Shown here in pieces: positions 38,446 to 52,020 of a stretch of 64,000 bases of DNA; within the stretch, counting starts at the first letter, position 1; every line of letters begins with the position of its first letter. The notes beneath the pieces were generated by a model. That model saw only the letters and a list, made by a program, of their open reading frames with translations. It was not told the DNA's origin and did not search any database. The position numbers and the translations under genes were made by a program. The stretch comes from Eledone cirrhosa (Eukaryota). Where the stretch lies: contig OZ024752.1 of the NCBI GenBank assembly GCA_964016885.1, forward strand, positions 50,096,001 to 50,160,000, given 5' to 3'.

Positions 38446-41400
38446 AACTCAGCAGTTGTAGTATTAACACAATTATTCTGAGACGACACAGTTCAATTCT
38501 TAAATGACAAATCATAAAAACGAAAAACAAAAAACAAAATGAAATTAAAATGAAACAAAATAAAATAAAATAAACAGTCTTTTATATTTCTTAAAGTGGA
38601 GTAATACCTGGTCTTTCTTCTTTTTTTTGTTTGTATTTTTTTTAGTATCTTTGTAGTTTTTTTTCAGTATTTTTTTAGTATTTTTGTGGGTTTTTTTAGT
38701 ATTTTTTTAGTATTTTTGTGGATTTTTTTAGGATTTTTTTAGTATTTTTGTGTTTTTTTTTAGTATTTTTTGTTTGTAGTTTTTTAGTATTTTTGTGTTT
38801 TTTTTAGTATTTTTTTAGTATTTTTTGCTTGTAGTTTTTTTAGTATTTTTGTAGTTTTTTAGTATATATTTTAATTATTTTAGTTGTTGCTATTTGGCAA
38901 CCAATTGCAAGGTGATTAAATGGTTCAAGATGAAGTAATTTAAATTACCTTAAAATTCTAAATGAAAAACACATAAACTTTTCCATCTTGTTCTCTCTAA
39001 TTTGATCCCTCTTTGCATATCTCACTAGTAACCAAGCATAGAAACTATTATTTGTTAGTATGTGGCTACCCACTACACACATACATATACATTAATATAC
39101 ACACAAACACACACACACACATACATTAATACACACACACATTAATATTCACACACATATACAAACACATAAACACACACGGACACCACAAACATGCAAA
39201 TGCCCACACATACACATACATATCCACATAAATACAAACACACACAAAGATAAATATGTCTCCATAAATACACACACACAAACACGCCTAAATATACACA
39301 TATATATAAATATACAAATACACAGACAGATACACACACACACCTAAACATACACACACACATAAATATACACATATATATACACACACAAAGATAAATA
39401 TGTCTCCATAAATACACACACACAAACACGCCTAAATATACACATATATATAAATATACAAATACACAGACAGATACACACACACACCTAAACATACACA
39501 CACACATAAATATACACATATATATACACACACATATATATATATATCATCATCATCATCGTTTAACGTCTATCTTCCACGTTAGCATGGGTTAGACATA
39601 TATATATATACACAAACACAGACACACACACACAAATATTAGAATAGTTAACTAGTGTGTTACACTTCACTTTACGATACATAATGTCGTTAATCAATAA
39701 GCAAAAACACAAAACATAACAAAAAAAATGACAAAAAAAATACATTAAAACAAATCTTACAAAATTTAATTCATGTTAGAAATAGATATTTTTTTTTTTA
39801 AGTAATAATTGCTTAATTTTTAATTATAATATTTTTGGTTTTGTTTTAGTTAGTTTGTTTTGTTTTTTTTTTGTATTTTTTTCTTGCGCATTTTTTTTTT
39901 TTTTTCGTAGTTTTGGTTTTGGTAGTTTTTTTGTTTTAAACCTAATACACAAAATAATAGAAAAGGTCATTAAAGAGAAGACAAAAATATTAAAATGGCC
40001 TCGAGCACAACTATTCAGGATTGCCATTTTTCTTTCAGGCACCTCATTCTAGCAAGGATTCACACAAGATGATGAATTCAGCAGTTTCCAATTGCTCTCA
40101 GATGTTGACGCCTCAAGCAATCACAGTCATAACACGACACCCTAACTTTTGCTCTTTTCTATCTTTTTGAGAACAGTTTTTCTTTCTTTTTTTATTATTA
40201 CTTTATTATTATTTTTATTTTTTTCATCTGTATTTTTATTTTTTATTTCTTATTTTATATTTTTATATTACATCTTTAAACTTTTCATTCCTAATCTATG
40301 TTCCACAATTTCGTATTTTTATTTGTATTTAATATTTCAGTTAGTGTTGTTTCATTTGTATTATGTATGTTTGTATATTTTTTTTAATTCTATATATATA
40401 TATATATATTTCTTTTTATGGTTGTTTTTGTTTATATTTTTGCTATTTGTTTTTATTCTTCGCTTTGTTCCAATGTCACAGAGTAACTCAATATTTCCTC
40501 TGCCAATACCATCTTATTTGATCTATTGTTTCTTCCAGAAAGATTTCGTTCTTCACCAAAGTTATTCTGTTGCCAGGTTAGTTGGAATTAAATTAATAGA
40601 ACTTAAGTTTTGATGTTGCCTTGTTGCTGTCTAAGAATCTTCACACACACGTGCGCATGTACACACACACATACATACACACACATACACACACATACAC
40701 TCACATACACACACTCACATACACAGAGATATATACATATATGTACATACAAGCACATATATATAGAAACGTATGTACACACACATATATATAGAAATGT
40801 ACATGCACACACATATATATATAGAAATGTACATACACACACATATATATAGAAATGTACATACACTCATATATATATAGATATGTACATACACACACAT
40901 ATATATAGAAACGTACATACACACATATATATATAGATATGTACATACACACACATACAATCACATACACACTATCACAGACAAACACACACACACATGC
41001 ATGCATGCATGCATGCACATACAACCACAGCCACACAATCACAGACAAACACACAGGTACAATCACACACACACACCCATGCATGCACATACAATCACAC
41101 ACACACAATCACATACAATCACACACATACAATCACAGACAAACACACAGATACTATCATGCACACACACACACAAACAAACACAGACATATGCATGCAT
41201 GCACACACATATGCATGCATGCACACACATATGCATGCATGCACTCCCACACTATCACAGACAAACAAACACACACACACACATAATTTCTTTTGAATCT
41301 GTATCATGCAGCTATTTCACTTATTACAACTCCTTATATTAAGACTAATGGAGAAATGTCACCCCTCACTTCACCAGTTCTTCTCTTATTACAGCAAAAA

Positions 41401-41559
41401 TCTTAAATTGCGAAAAAAAAGTCTTTCTTTATTGGTGATAATTTATGAAAGTAATGCAACATAAAACTTTCAGAACTTTGTTAACGAAGAACAGCAAATA
41501 CCTCCAACTAAAACTTCCCACTATTACCTATTAAATAAACACCTGTATACAAGAATGAT

Positions 41560-41830
41560 CATATGACTGCTAAAGTAGCGCTTTATGATTGCTAAAGTAT
41601 TGCTTTATTATTCTTAAAGTATTGCAATATGATTGCTAAAGTATTGCTTTGTGATAGCTAAAGTATTGCTTTATGATTGCTAAAGTATTGCTTTATGATT
41701 GCTAAAGTATTGCTTTACGATTGCTAAAGTGTTACTTTATGATTGCTAAAATATTGCTTTATGATTGCTAAAGAATTACTTTACGATTGCTAAAGTATTG
41801 CTTAATGATTGCTAAAGTATTGCTTTATGA
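41560..41830. repeat. 22-bp minisatellite (~12 units)
   Basis: Unit tatgattgctaaagtattgctt. Confidence 0.93.
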
Positions 41831-42699
41831 GATTATTTTACATATTTTCTCATAAAACACAATAAACACCGAAAAGAAAAGCAGGGCACAGTTGTTACCA
41901 AAATAACGAGAGAAAGTCAATATAGAATTAATTAATCTGCATTAATTACAGAAATAATAAGATTAACTCATTACATTTTATGCCATACAACAAACACTCG
42001 TTGATTGATTATGTGTGTTATTCAGTTGTAAAAAGATTGTTAGATTTTTTCCAAAGATTGCTTTTTAGTATTGAATCATTTTGGTGAAATTTTACATCTA
42101 AATTTCATTATATAATAAATATATTTCCATTAGTTGCCGTTATTAAAGACACAATGCTTGTGTACTGCAATCCCAAATTTGTAAAGGTTGAATTAAATGT
42201 TAACAACACTTTAATATTTATATCAACCATTTCATTACCATATGGCAGCAAATTGGCAGAGTCATTAGAATGTCAGGTAGAGTAATTTTTGTTAATCCTT
42301 CCAGCTCTCTGCTGTCGAAGTTCAAATCCCACTGAGATTAACTTTGCCTTTCATCCATTCAAGGTTGATAAAAAAAAAGGTACCAGTCAAGTACTGGGGT
42401 TAATTCTTCCTCTATATCTCTTTCTTACATCTACTCTCTCTCACTTCCTATCCTTCTCTGGAAGAGATCTGCTATACTCAGGCCTGGAAAGGGATGGGCT
42501 TAAGATGTGCAAGAAACACCATATGTCACTACAGTGCCTTTACATTTACACCCAGAGTTACGGGGCCATACCACATACCATATTTCTAACTAAAAACAAT
42601 GCCTATAATTTGACTTCTGCAGTATCTATTCAATTTTACTCAGAACAAATTGGCTAACCTGAGACTATAGTGTGTGTGTGTGTGTGTGTGTGTGACAGC

Positions 42700-42844
42700 T
42701 CACTGAATCTATGAGATTTTGATATTATTTATTTTGAGAACAATACCTTAACATAAATATGAGCAGCCAGTTACAGCTGGTTTGAACAAAAAAAAGTGAG
42801 AGAATTCCGGCTGGATATGGCCAGTTTAAATGCTAAAGGGTTAA
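42700..42844 (-). mobile_element. MITE family 1 fragment
   Basis: gagaattccggctggatatggccagtttaaatgctaaagggttaa terminus. Confidence 0.75.
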
Positions 42845-42920
42845 TCTATCCCTGTATGTTGTAAGAGGCAATTAAAAACATTAGTACTAAGAAGAAGAGC
42901 ATTCTGCTATAAAACATTAC

Positions 42921-42963
42921 CTTAAAATGGACCCCATGACAAATATGGAATCTGTCATGGAGT
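42921..42963 (-). CDS. Candidate 43-nt exon (LHDRFHICHGVHFK)
   Basis: Acceptor ttaaccttgcag, donor AAG|GTAATG. Ends in phase 0, compatible with the 36498-36644 candidate. Confidence 0.35.
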
Positions 42964-43354
42964 CTGCAAGGTTAACCACAGCTTTAGCAGGGAAAAGGAT
43001 CTTAAAGAACTTTGTTGTTGTTGTTGTTGTTGTTGTTAATTTAGCTGATGCTGACACACACTGACATCCTTGAGAAATAGGCAAATAGGCCATGTTCATG
43101 TGGAGGATCTAACAGGCTTGAACATAGAATTGCATATCTCCTGCATATGTGAAGCTTTAGAGGAGCCATGAAGAGAGGCAGAGAGAGAGAGAAGGGCAGA
43201 GAGGGGGGGGGGCAGAGAGAGAAAGACAGAAACAGAGAAAAAGAGAGAGAAAAAAGAGAGGGAGAGAGAGAGAGACAAAGATATATATATTTACATATAT
43301 ATAAATGAAAGGTATAGAAAGTATTGTAGCAAGAAGCCAATATATTTATATATA

Positions 43355-43745
43355 TAAATATCTTTAAGTCGTTTGGAAGCCTCGACAATGCAAATGGGTA
43401 AATCTCCGGGTAACAAGATCCGGTGGTGGAGAGAGAGATGTAAGTGGGTGTACGTTGAGATGCGTGGTGTGTATGAGACGTGTAGAAGAATGAAGGAAAG
43501 AGTATAAAGGATAAAATTAAAATAAGAACACGAGAGAGAGTTACTTTGGGAGAGATTTAATTGTCCCTATATATTTCGGATTCACATCCATCAACTGGGG
43601 GTTTTTTTCCGGGGTGGGGGAAAGGTTGTCTGTCGGAAAGGTGCGAAACGCGTCCTCTGCTGTTTGTTGTTTTGAAAATCTGGAGATTTACTGGAGATTT
43701 ACCCATTTGCATTGTCGAGGCTTCCAAACAACTTAAAGATATTTA
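43355..43745. repeat. Inverted repeat with ~55-bp arms and a ~275-bp spacer
   Basis: taaatatctttaagtcgtttggaagcctcgacaatgcaaatgggtaaatctcc and its reverse complement. Confidence 0.92.
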
Positions 43746-43806
43746 CCTATTATTCCACAATGCTTCAAGCAAACTTCAATACTCTCTTATATATATATAT
43801 ATATAA

Positions 43807-44015
43807 TAAAACGTCTATAGAATCACCAGATAAAATATATACCATTTCCTCTCCCAATTAGCATAATTAACCATATAAAAAATCGATTAGACCAAGCTAT
43901 AAGAATAAAGGCTTCTATGAAGAAATCTCTGACAAATAACCGAAAGCAGTTAATTATGCTAATTGGGAGAGAAAATGGTATATATTTTATCTGGTGATTC
44001 TATAGACATGTTTTA
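43807..44015. repeat. Inverted repeat with ~65-bp arms and a 77-bp spacer
   Basis: gtctatagaatcaccagataaaatatataccatt...caattagcataattaac and its reverse complement. Confidence 0.93.
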
Positions 44016-44125
44016 TGATATATAGCTCTGATTATTTAATTTATTAACTCTTCATTGAACCACAAAGTGACCCGTTGCAAAACACATATATATATGTAAA
44101 CCTTTATATATATATATATAATAAC

Positions 44126-44231
44126 TAGTGGGGTTAAGAACCCTCGGAGAAATGGAAAAAGATGAGTATTGAGGTACATGTACGTCAATACTCATCTTTT
44201 TCCATTTCTCCGAGGGTTCTTAACCCCACTA
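44126..44231. repeat. 106-bp near-perfect palindrome with no spacer
   Basis: tagtggggttaagaaccctcggagaaatgg...gtacatgtac...ccatttctccgagggttcttaaccccacta, one mismatch. Confidence 0.96.
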
Positions 44232-44575
44232 TCAGGCTAAATAATTCCTTTAATTTCTTTAGTCAAAATACGGTGATAGCTTACATTTCTAATAATTTCA
44301 AACCTACTCGCTGTTTCGAAAATATTCTTACTTGAATATCATCATCATCATCATCATCATCGTTTAACGTCCATCTTCCACGCTTGTATTTATATATATA
44401 TATATTTAATACATTAACAGAGAAAGCTTTAAGCAATACTCCTTTATATATATATATATAAGTATATATATATATAAATAAATATTTATATATATATACT
44501 TATATATATATATAAAGATATATATATATATATAGAGAGAGAGAGGGAGACAAAGTCAGACAGACATACAGGGAC

Positions 44576-44630
<55 letters not shown>

Positions 44631-45059
44631 GAGGGGCAAACCGTAATGTATAAAAGAATAATATTTAAAGTGTTCATCATATGAATGTTATATAAAAGAT
44701 AAGAGAGGAATTCCATAAGAAGACGTTTAAGAAGATTCATTTCTTACTAGATATCATTCAAGAAGAAGCAATCTAAAAGAGTTTATTCAACAAACTGAAT
44801 CTACACAAAACCAAACAATCGTACAAAAATTTATGCTCAACTTCACCAAGAAATTTTAGATAAGTTATTCCACACTAAATATTATTTGTTGTTTGCATGT
44901 ATTTTTATTCTGAAATTTATTTTTACGCATAGGCACAGGCATAGCTGTGTAGTTAAGGAGTTCACTTCCCAACCATGTGGTTTTAAGGTTCAATCCCATT
45001 GTGTGGCTGTGGTACTGACACTTTGGGTAAATGTCTGTTACTATAAGTGTCTGTTACTG

Positions 45060-45490
45060 TGAAGGTACATGGCTTAGTGGTTAAAGCATTGGGCTTGCAA
45101 TCGAAAGGTTGTGAGTTCAATTCTCGGACCGGGTGATGTGTTGTTTCCTTGAGCAAGACACTTTATTTCACGTTGCTCCAGTTTACTCAGCTGTAGAAAT
45201 GAGATGATAGGACCGGGGTGCCTATCATTAAATTACCTAAGACATCTCCAACGAGATATACCTTGGAGGAGGCCAGAGAGGCCAAGAAATGCCAGTTGAA
45301 GGAAGATGCAGTAGAGGAAGACTACGAAAAACATGGGCGGAGGTGGTGAGAGCGGACCTCAGATCGCTGAAGCTCACGGTGGAGATGACAAGGGACCGTG
45401 ACAAGTGGAGAGATGCTGTGATGAATAGGACCCGTCCCACCCTTGCAAGCAGGAAAAAGCGGATGTAAAATGATGATGATGATGATGATG
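45060..45490 (+). mobile_element. SINE family B with an RTE ORF-end-derived tail and (GAT)n
   Basis: tRNA-like head, core and hairpin. The tail translates as PVEGRCSRGRLRKTWAEVVRADLRSLKLTVEMTRDRDKWRDAV, similar to the RTE C-terminus. Confidence 0.88.
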
Positions 45491-46701
45491 ATATATATAT
45501 TAAGCGCCGAAACATTTATGATCTTGGTTTACAGCTGATGAAGGATTTGTTCTCTTGTTTCATCCATACTTCCATCTTAAACTTTGTTTACACTAACCAC
45601 ACAGCTCATTTCGTTTCTTATAATTATATATATATATATATGCATTTATATGAATGACTTAAGTGAGAAAATTAAGTTGTTTAATGAAAAATATTAATAA
45701 GGGATGCTCAAATCTATGACATTTGCCTCTGCTAAAGATTTCTTTTCTATTTGTTAATTGCAACATAAAAGCCCAGGAAAATATAGTCTTTTTTATTAAC
45801 ATTTTTTTTATCAATAAGTATCATTATTAAACTTAAATTTAAATTTAATCAATCCATATTTTGTTTTTTTGTTTTCAAAAATACATCATTAAAGAAGTTA
45901 TATTCCATATTTGCCTATGTTTTGTTTATTGTGTCTTTTTTTGTTTGTTTTGTTCTTGTGACCACAAGAAAAATATTAAAGGAAAGAATTAAAATACAAG
46001 AAAAGAGATAAATATAATAAATAAATAAATAACTAAATAACAAAAAAAAAAGAGGAAAGCATAAACGCTTCCCCAAAATACATATATGGAAGGATTTGAA
46101 AAAGGGGTAAGAAAATAAGGAAGGAAGCTGCTTTAGCTGTGTTCTCTGCGATGAATAACTACATGCTGTTTGAGGGCCACATCTGTTTAAAATGTCATTA
46201 TTATAATTTAATGTTGCTTCTAGCTAGAATGGTTAATTTTCCACACAGGAACAACAACAACAACGACAACAACTTGATCTGTTTTCTCTGTTCCATTCAA
46301 AAACCATGTGGTTTAGTTGACAGCAAAAGCTATTTACGCTGTTGTTGTTTGAGACAAAGTGACATTGCTTCCAGCAATTGCTCGCTTTATGAAAAACACT
46401 TTTGTAAGTAAAACTCTCGATGAACACAGGTTGTTGTCAATTCCTTATTGATAACATTCCAGAACATCGTTACACCTCCTCCACCTCATCGTCACCTATT
46501 GATCACTGTCATTCTATTCTTCCTAACATGTTGTGCCATGGTAAACATGTGTCTTCTTCTTCATTTTCTCCTTCTTCTTCTTCATCTTCTTCCTCCTCTT
46601 CTTCTCCTTCTTCTTCATCATCTTCTTCTCTCCTTCTTTTCCCTGTCTGTATCTCTCTGTCTCTTTCTCTCTCACACCCACACACAGACACACACATATA
46701 A

Positions 46702-49700
46702 ATAGTGTAAAGTATTTAAACACAGTGTGTAGTGGACCACAACATATAGTGTAAAGTGTCTAAACACAGTGTGTAGTGGACCAGAACATATAGTGTAAAG
46801 TATCTAAACACAGTGTGTAGTGGACCACAACATATAGTGTAAAGTATTTAAACACAGTGTGTAGTGGACCACAACATATAGTGTAAAGTGTCTAAACACA
46901 GTGTGTAGTGGACCAGAACATATAGTGTAAAGTATCTAAACACAGTGTGTAGTGGACCAGAACATATAGTGTACAGTATCTAAACACAGTGTGTAGTGGA
47001 GCAGAACATATAGTGTAAAGTATCTAAACACAGTGTGTAGTGGACCAGAACATATAGTGTACAGTATCTAAACACAGTGTGTAGTGGAGCAGAACATATA
47101 GTGTAAAGTATCTAAACATAGTGTGTAGTGGACCAGAACATATAGTGTACAGTATCTAAACACAGTGTGTAGTGGACCACAACATATAGTGTAAAGTATC
47201 TAAACATAGTGTGTAGTGGACCAGAACATATAGTGTACAGTATCTAAACACAGTGTGTAGTGGACCACAACATATAGTGTAAAGTGTCTAAACACAGTGT
47301 GTAGTGGAGCAGAACATATAGTGTAAAGTATCTAAACACAGTGTGTAGTGGAGCAGAACATATAGTGTAAAGTATCTAAACACAGTGTGTAGTGGACCAG
47401 AACATATAGTGTAAAGTATTTAAACACAGTGTGTAGTGGACCAGAACATATAGTGTAAAGTATTTAAACACAGTGTGTAGTGGAGCAGAACATATAGTGT
47501 AAAGTATCTAAACACAGTGTGTAGTGGACCAGAACATATAGTGTAAAGTATCTAAACACAGTGTGTAGTGGACCAGAACATATAATGTAAAGTATCTAAA
47601 CACAGTGTGTAGTGGACCACAACATATAGTGTAAAGTGTCTAAACACAGTGTGTAGTGGACCAGAACATATAGTGTAAAGTATCTAAACACAGTGTGTAG
47701 TGGACCAGAACATATAGTGTACAGTATCTAAACACAGTGTGTAGTGGAGCAGAACATATAGTGTAAAGTATCTAAACACAGTGTGTAGTGGACCAGAACA
47801 TATAGTGTAAAGTATTTAAACACAGTGTGTAGTGGACCAGAACATATAGTGTAAAGTATTTAAACACAGTGTGTAGTGGACCAGAACATATAGTGTAAAG
47901 TATCTAAACACAGTGTGTAGTGGACCAGAACATATAGTGTAAAGTATCTAAACACAGTGTGTAGTGGACCAGAACATATAATGTAAAGTATCTAAACACA
48001 GTGTGTAGTGGACCAGAACATATAGTGTAAAGTGTCTAAACACAGTGTGTAGTGGACCAGAACATATAGTGTAAAGTATCTAAACATAGTGTGTAGTGGA
48101 CCAGAACATATAGTGTAAAGTATCTAAACACAGTGTGTAGTGGACCAGAACATATAGTGTAAAGTATTTAAACACAGTGTGTAGTGGACCAGAACATATA
48201 GTGTAAAGTATTTAAACACAGTGTGTAGTGGACCAGAACATATAGTGTAAAGTATCTAAACACAGTGTGTAGTGGACCAGAACATATAGTGTAAAGTATC
48301 TAAAGACAGTGTGTAGTGGACCAGAACATATAATGTAAAGTATCTAAACACAGTGTGTAGTGGACCAGAACATATAGTGTAAAGTGTCTAAACACAGTGT
48401 GTAGTGGACCACAACATATAGTGTAAAGTATTTAAACACAGTGTGTAGTGGAGCAGAACATATAGTGTAAAGTATCTAAACACAGTGTGTAGTGGACCAC
48501 AACATATAGTGTAAAGTGTCTAAACACAGTGTGTAGTGGACCAGAACATATAGTGTAAAGTATTTAAACACAGTGTGTAGTGGACCAGAACATATAGTGT
48601 AAAGTATTTAAACACAGTGTGTAGTGGACCAGAACATATAGTGTAAAGTATCTAAACACAGTGTGTAGTGGACCACAACATATAGTGTAAAGTATCTAAA
48701 CACAGTGTGTAGTGGACCACAACATATAGTGTAAAGTATCTAAACACAGTGTGTAGTGGACCACAACATATAGTGTAAAGTATCTAAACACAGTGTGTAG
48801 TGGACCATAACATATAGTGTAAAGTATCTAAACACAGTGTGTAGTGGACCAGAACATATAATGTAAAGTATCTAAACACAGTGTGTAGTGGAGCAGAACA
48901 TATAGTGTAAAGTATCTAAACACAGTGTGTAGTGGACCAGAACATATTGTGTAAAGTATCTAAACACAGTGTGTAGTGGACCAGAACATATAGTGTAAAG
49001 TATCTAAACAGTGTGTAGTGGACCAGAACATATAGTGTACAGTATCTAAACACAGTGTGTAGTGGACCACAACATATAGTGTAAAGTGTCTAAACACAGT
49101 GTGTAGTGGAGCAGAACATATAGTGTAAAGTGTCTAAACACAGTGTGTAGTGGAGCAGAACATATAGTGTAAAGTATCTAAACACAGTGTGTAGTGAACC
49201 AGAACATATAGTGTAAAGTGTCTAAACACAGTGTGTAGTGGACCAGAACATATAGTGTAAAGTGTCTAAACACAGTGTGTAGTGGACCACAACATATAGT
49301 GTAAAGTGTCTAAACACAGTGTGTAGTGGAGCAGAACATATAGTGTAAAGTATTTAAACACAGTGTGTAGTGGACCAGAACATATAGTGTAAAGTGTCTA
49401 AACACAGTGTGTAGTGGACCAGAACATATAGTGTAAAGTGTCTAAACACAGTGTGTAGTGGACCACAACATATAGTGTAAAGTGTCTAAACACAGTGTGT
49501 AGTGGACCACAACATATAGTGTAAAGTGTCTAAACACAGTGTGTAGTGGAGCAGAACATATAGTGTAAAGTATTTAAACACAGTGTGTAGTGGACCACAA
49601 CATATAGTGTAAAGTGTCTAAACACAGTGTGTAGTGGACCACAACATATAGTGTAAAGTATCTAAACACAGTGTGTAGTGGACCACAACATATAGTGTAA

Positions 49701-49840
49701 AGTATCTAAACACAGTGTGTAGTGGAGCAGAACATATAGTGTAAAGTATCTAAACACAGTGTGTAGTGGAGCAGAACATATAGTGTAAAGTATCTAAACA
49801 CAGTGTGTAGTGGACCACAACATATAGTGTAAAGTATCTA
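46702..49840. repeat. 44-bp minisatellite (~71 units)
   Basis: Unit aaacacagtgtgtagtggaccagaacatatagtgtaaagtatct with a few recurrent variant sites. Confidence 0.98.
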
Positions 49841-50537
49841 CAAGTCATCTGTAGAATTTCTTTGTTTTGGAGTTTAGCAATGACCCTATCTGGATATGAA
49901 CCCACAACAAAGATAGCCAGAACAAATCCTGAAAGTACTATTTTTACTCTTTTACTTGTTCCAACTGACTGGCTGAGGCCATGCTGGGGCACCGCCATTG
50001 TAAGAATGCAGTATTATCAGGTTCAACTATGTGAGCAATGTAATCTTCCCAGTTTGAAGCAATTATAACTTTAACTTCTGTCACATTGCTTATTGACTAT
50101 CTGTGTTTCACAAAGTTTATATTCTCTCTTGAAAGAAAGCAAAACCCATATCATCACTTCTAGTAGCCTAAAGGTTTTATTTGAAATGCTCGTAGATAAG
50201 CATTGAAATATAGTGGCAGTAGGGAAAAGGTACCCAAAATAAACGATAAAGTTATAACAATTGAAATAGATAGAATTCAGAAACCTTAATTAATGCAAAT
50301 AGCGTTGGAATATTTGAAATGTGAGAACACCTTAAAGTTAACAGATATGGCAAGGAAGAAGAAGAAAACAGGTTTAATAATTGAGAACTGAATCAATTAA
50401 TCAATTCCTTTTGGATCATCTATTAACATAGTGTACACTGAAAATATATGGATATCTTTCGTCTCTCGGATAATACATATTATAAGGTTCCCTCAGGTCA
50501 TGGCTGACCATGAGTTTGCACATCGAAGGTTCCTCTC

Positions 50538-50733
50538 CAAGATGCAGGAATGGGTAAAGTGTTTTGTAGGACATACATATAAATGTCTTCTTTCCCCCAT
50601 TACAATATGTAGACATGGGTAAAATGTTTTATAGGACATACAAGTAAATGTCTTCTTTCCTCCATTACAAGATGCAGGAATGGGTAAAATATTTTATAGG
50701 ACATACATGTAAATGTCTTCTTTCCTCCATTAC
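50538..50733. repeat. Three ~65-bp tandem units
   Basis: atgggtaaa.tgtttt.taggacataca..taaatgtcttctttcc.ccattac three times. Confidence 0.85.
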
Positions 50734-51251
50734 TGATGTTGTCCAAAAGAAAAGACAAAGGCATCAGTATCTCAAAATGTAAAGGACTGAAAAAGATATG
50801 GCAAAGTATGCCACCCGAAGCTCTAACAATTTTGCAAATCTACTGCCCTGACCTGATAATTTATCAGCCCCCCAAAAAGATGCAAGATAAAGTTGACCTT
50901 GGTTCAATTTGAACTCAGAATACAGAGAGCTTGGACAAACACCAGAAAACATGATGTTATTAACATGAGACACTAACAACTCTGCATTAGAATAGTATAT
51001 AACAAGCAGATAACAAATAGAGAGTATATTTTTATGATACTGTAGCTGTTTGTTGTTGAAAAATAATTTGCATGGCACACAGTAAATACAATTTAGATAA
51101 ACAGTAAATACAATTTAGCCTTATATATAGGTGTGATTTGATTGCTGCTCATAAATCTATATTAATTCTGTAAAAAACAACCCACCTGAAACTGCATCTA
51201 TTAAAGTGTTCAAATCTTGAACAGACATCTCATTATTCCATGCTTGATAAA

Positions 51252-51437
51252 GGTGGTGGATTGGCAGTATATAGTTGTCTCTTTACATTCTGAGTTCAAA
51301 TCCCACTGAGGTTAGCTTTGCCTTTCATCCTTAAGGGGGTCGATAAAATAAAGTACCAGTAATACACTGGGATTTATTTAATAGACTTTCCCCTCTCCTA
51401 AAATTGTTGGCCTTGTGCCTAAATTAGAAACCATTAT
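51252..51437 (+). mobile_element. SINE family A (internally deleted, long-tail variant)
   Basis: Family A head and body motifs. Confidence 0.8.
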
Positions 51438-51790
51438 TACATGCTAAATAATATTAGATTTCAGTAGTTAAATATTTATCTTTTATTATTAAATTGAAAG
51501 TTAGCTATTTCATTAAATCTTTCATAATTCTTGATTGTTTTGATAATTAAAACACAAAGGCAGAATATTCTTGTTAGAAATATGGTCACAGAAGAGAAAA
51601 TATTTAATATTTATGTAAATTGTTCATAAAAGTTTATATTCTTCTGTTTTGAAGTTATTGCCATAGCTGTAAAAATTACTATAAACATTATCTATAATGT
51701 TATTTGCTGTTTATTTATAAACTTTTCATACAAATATCAAAATATTTTCTGTTTTACATTTTAATATTGAGTGTATCCAGTTTAGAATGG

Positions 51791-52020
51791 TGGAGATGAG
51801 TGGCCTAGTGGTAAGGGTGGGTGTTGAACTTAGATCATAATGTTGTGGGTTTCATTCTTGGACTGGGTTGTGTGTTGCTCTTGAACAAAACATTTCATTT
51901 CACATTGCTCTAGTATACTCAGCTGAAAATGAGTACCGGTGTCCTATCCAGGTGAAAGTCTTGTACTATCAGTTACTTCACACTACAGAAACTGAGCTGG
52001 AGGCAGACTTCAGACTTTAG
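51791..52020 (+). mobile_element. Older SINE family B-related copy with a different tail
   Basis: tggcctagtgg head, ttcacattgctc..gt.tactcagctgaaaatgagtacc core, tail shared with 36953-37112 and 34995-35130. Confidence 0.7.

Noticed and set aside
46702-49840. CRISPR-like regular array, and CACAGTG (RSS heptamer/Transib end) in every unit
   Set aside because: There are no unique spacers and no cas genes. The best nonamer match is only ACAACATAT at an 11-bp spacing, with no transposase nearby, so it is probably coincidental.
40039-50552. Plus-strand exon-like segments at ~40039, ~46249-46402 and ~50487-50552
   Set aside because: Isolated splice-like sites that could not be chained consistently. 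They may be non-coding.
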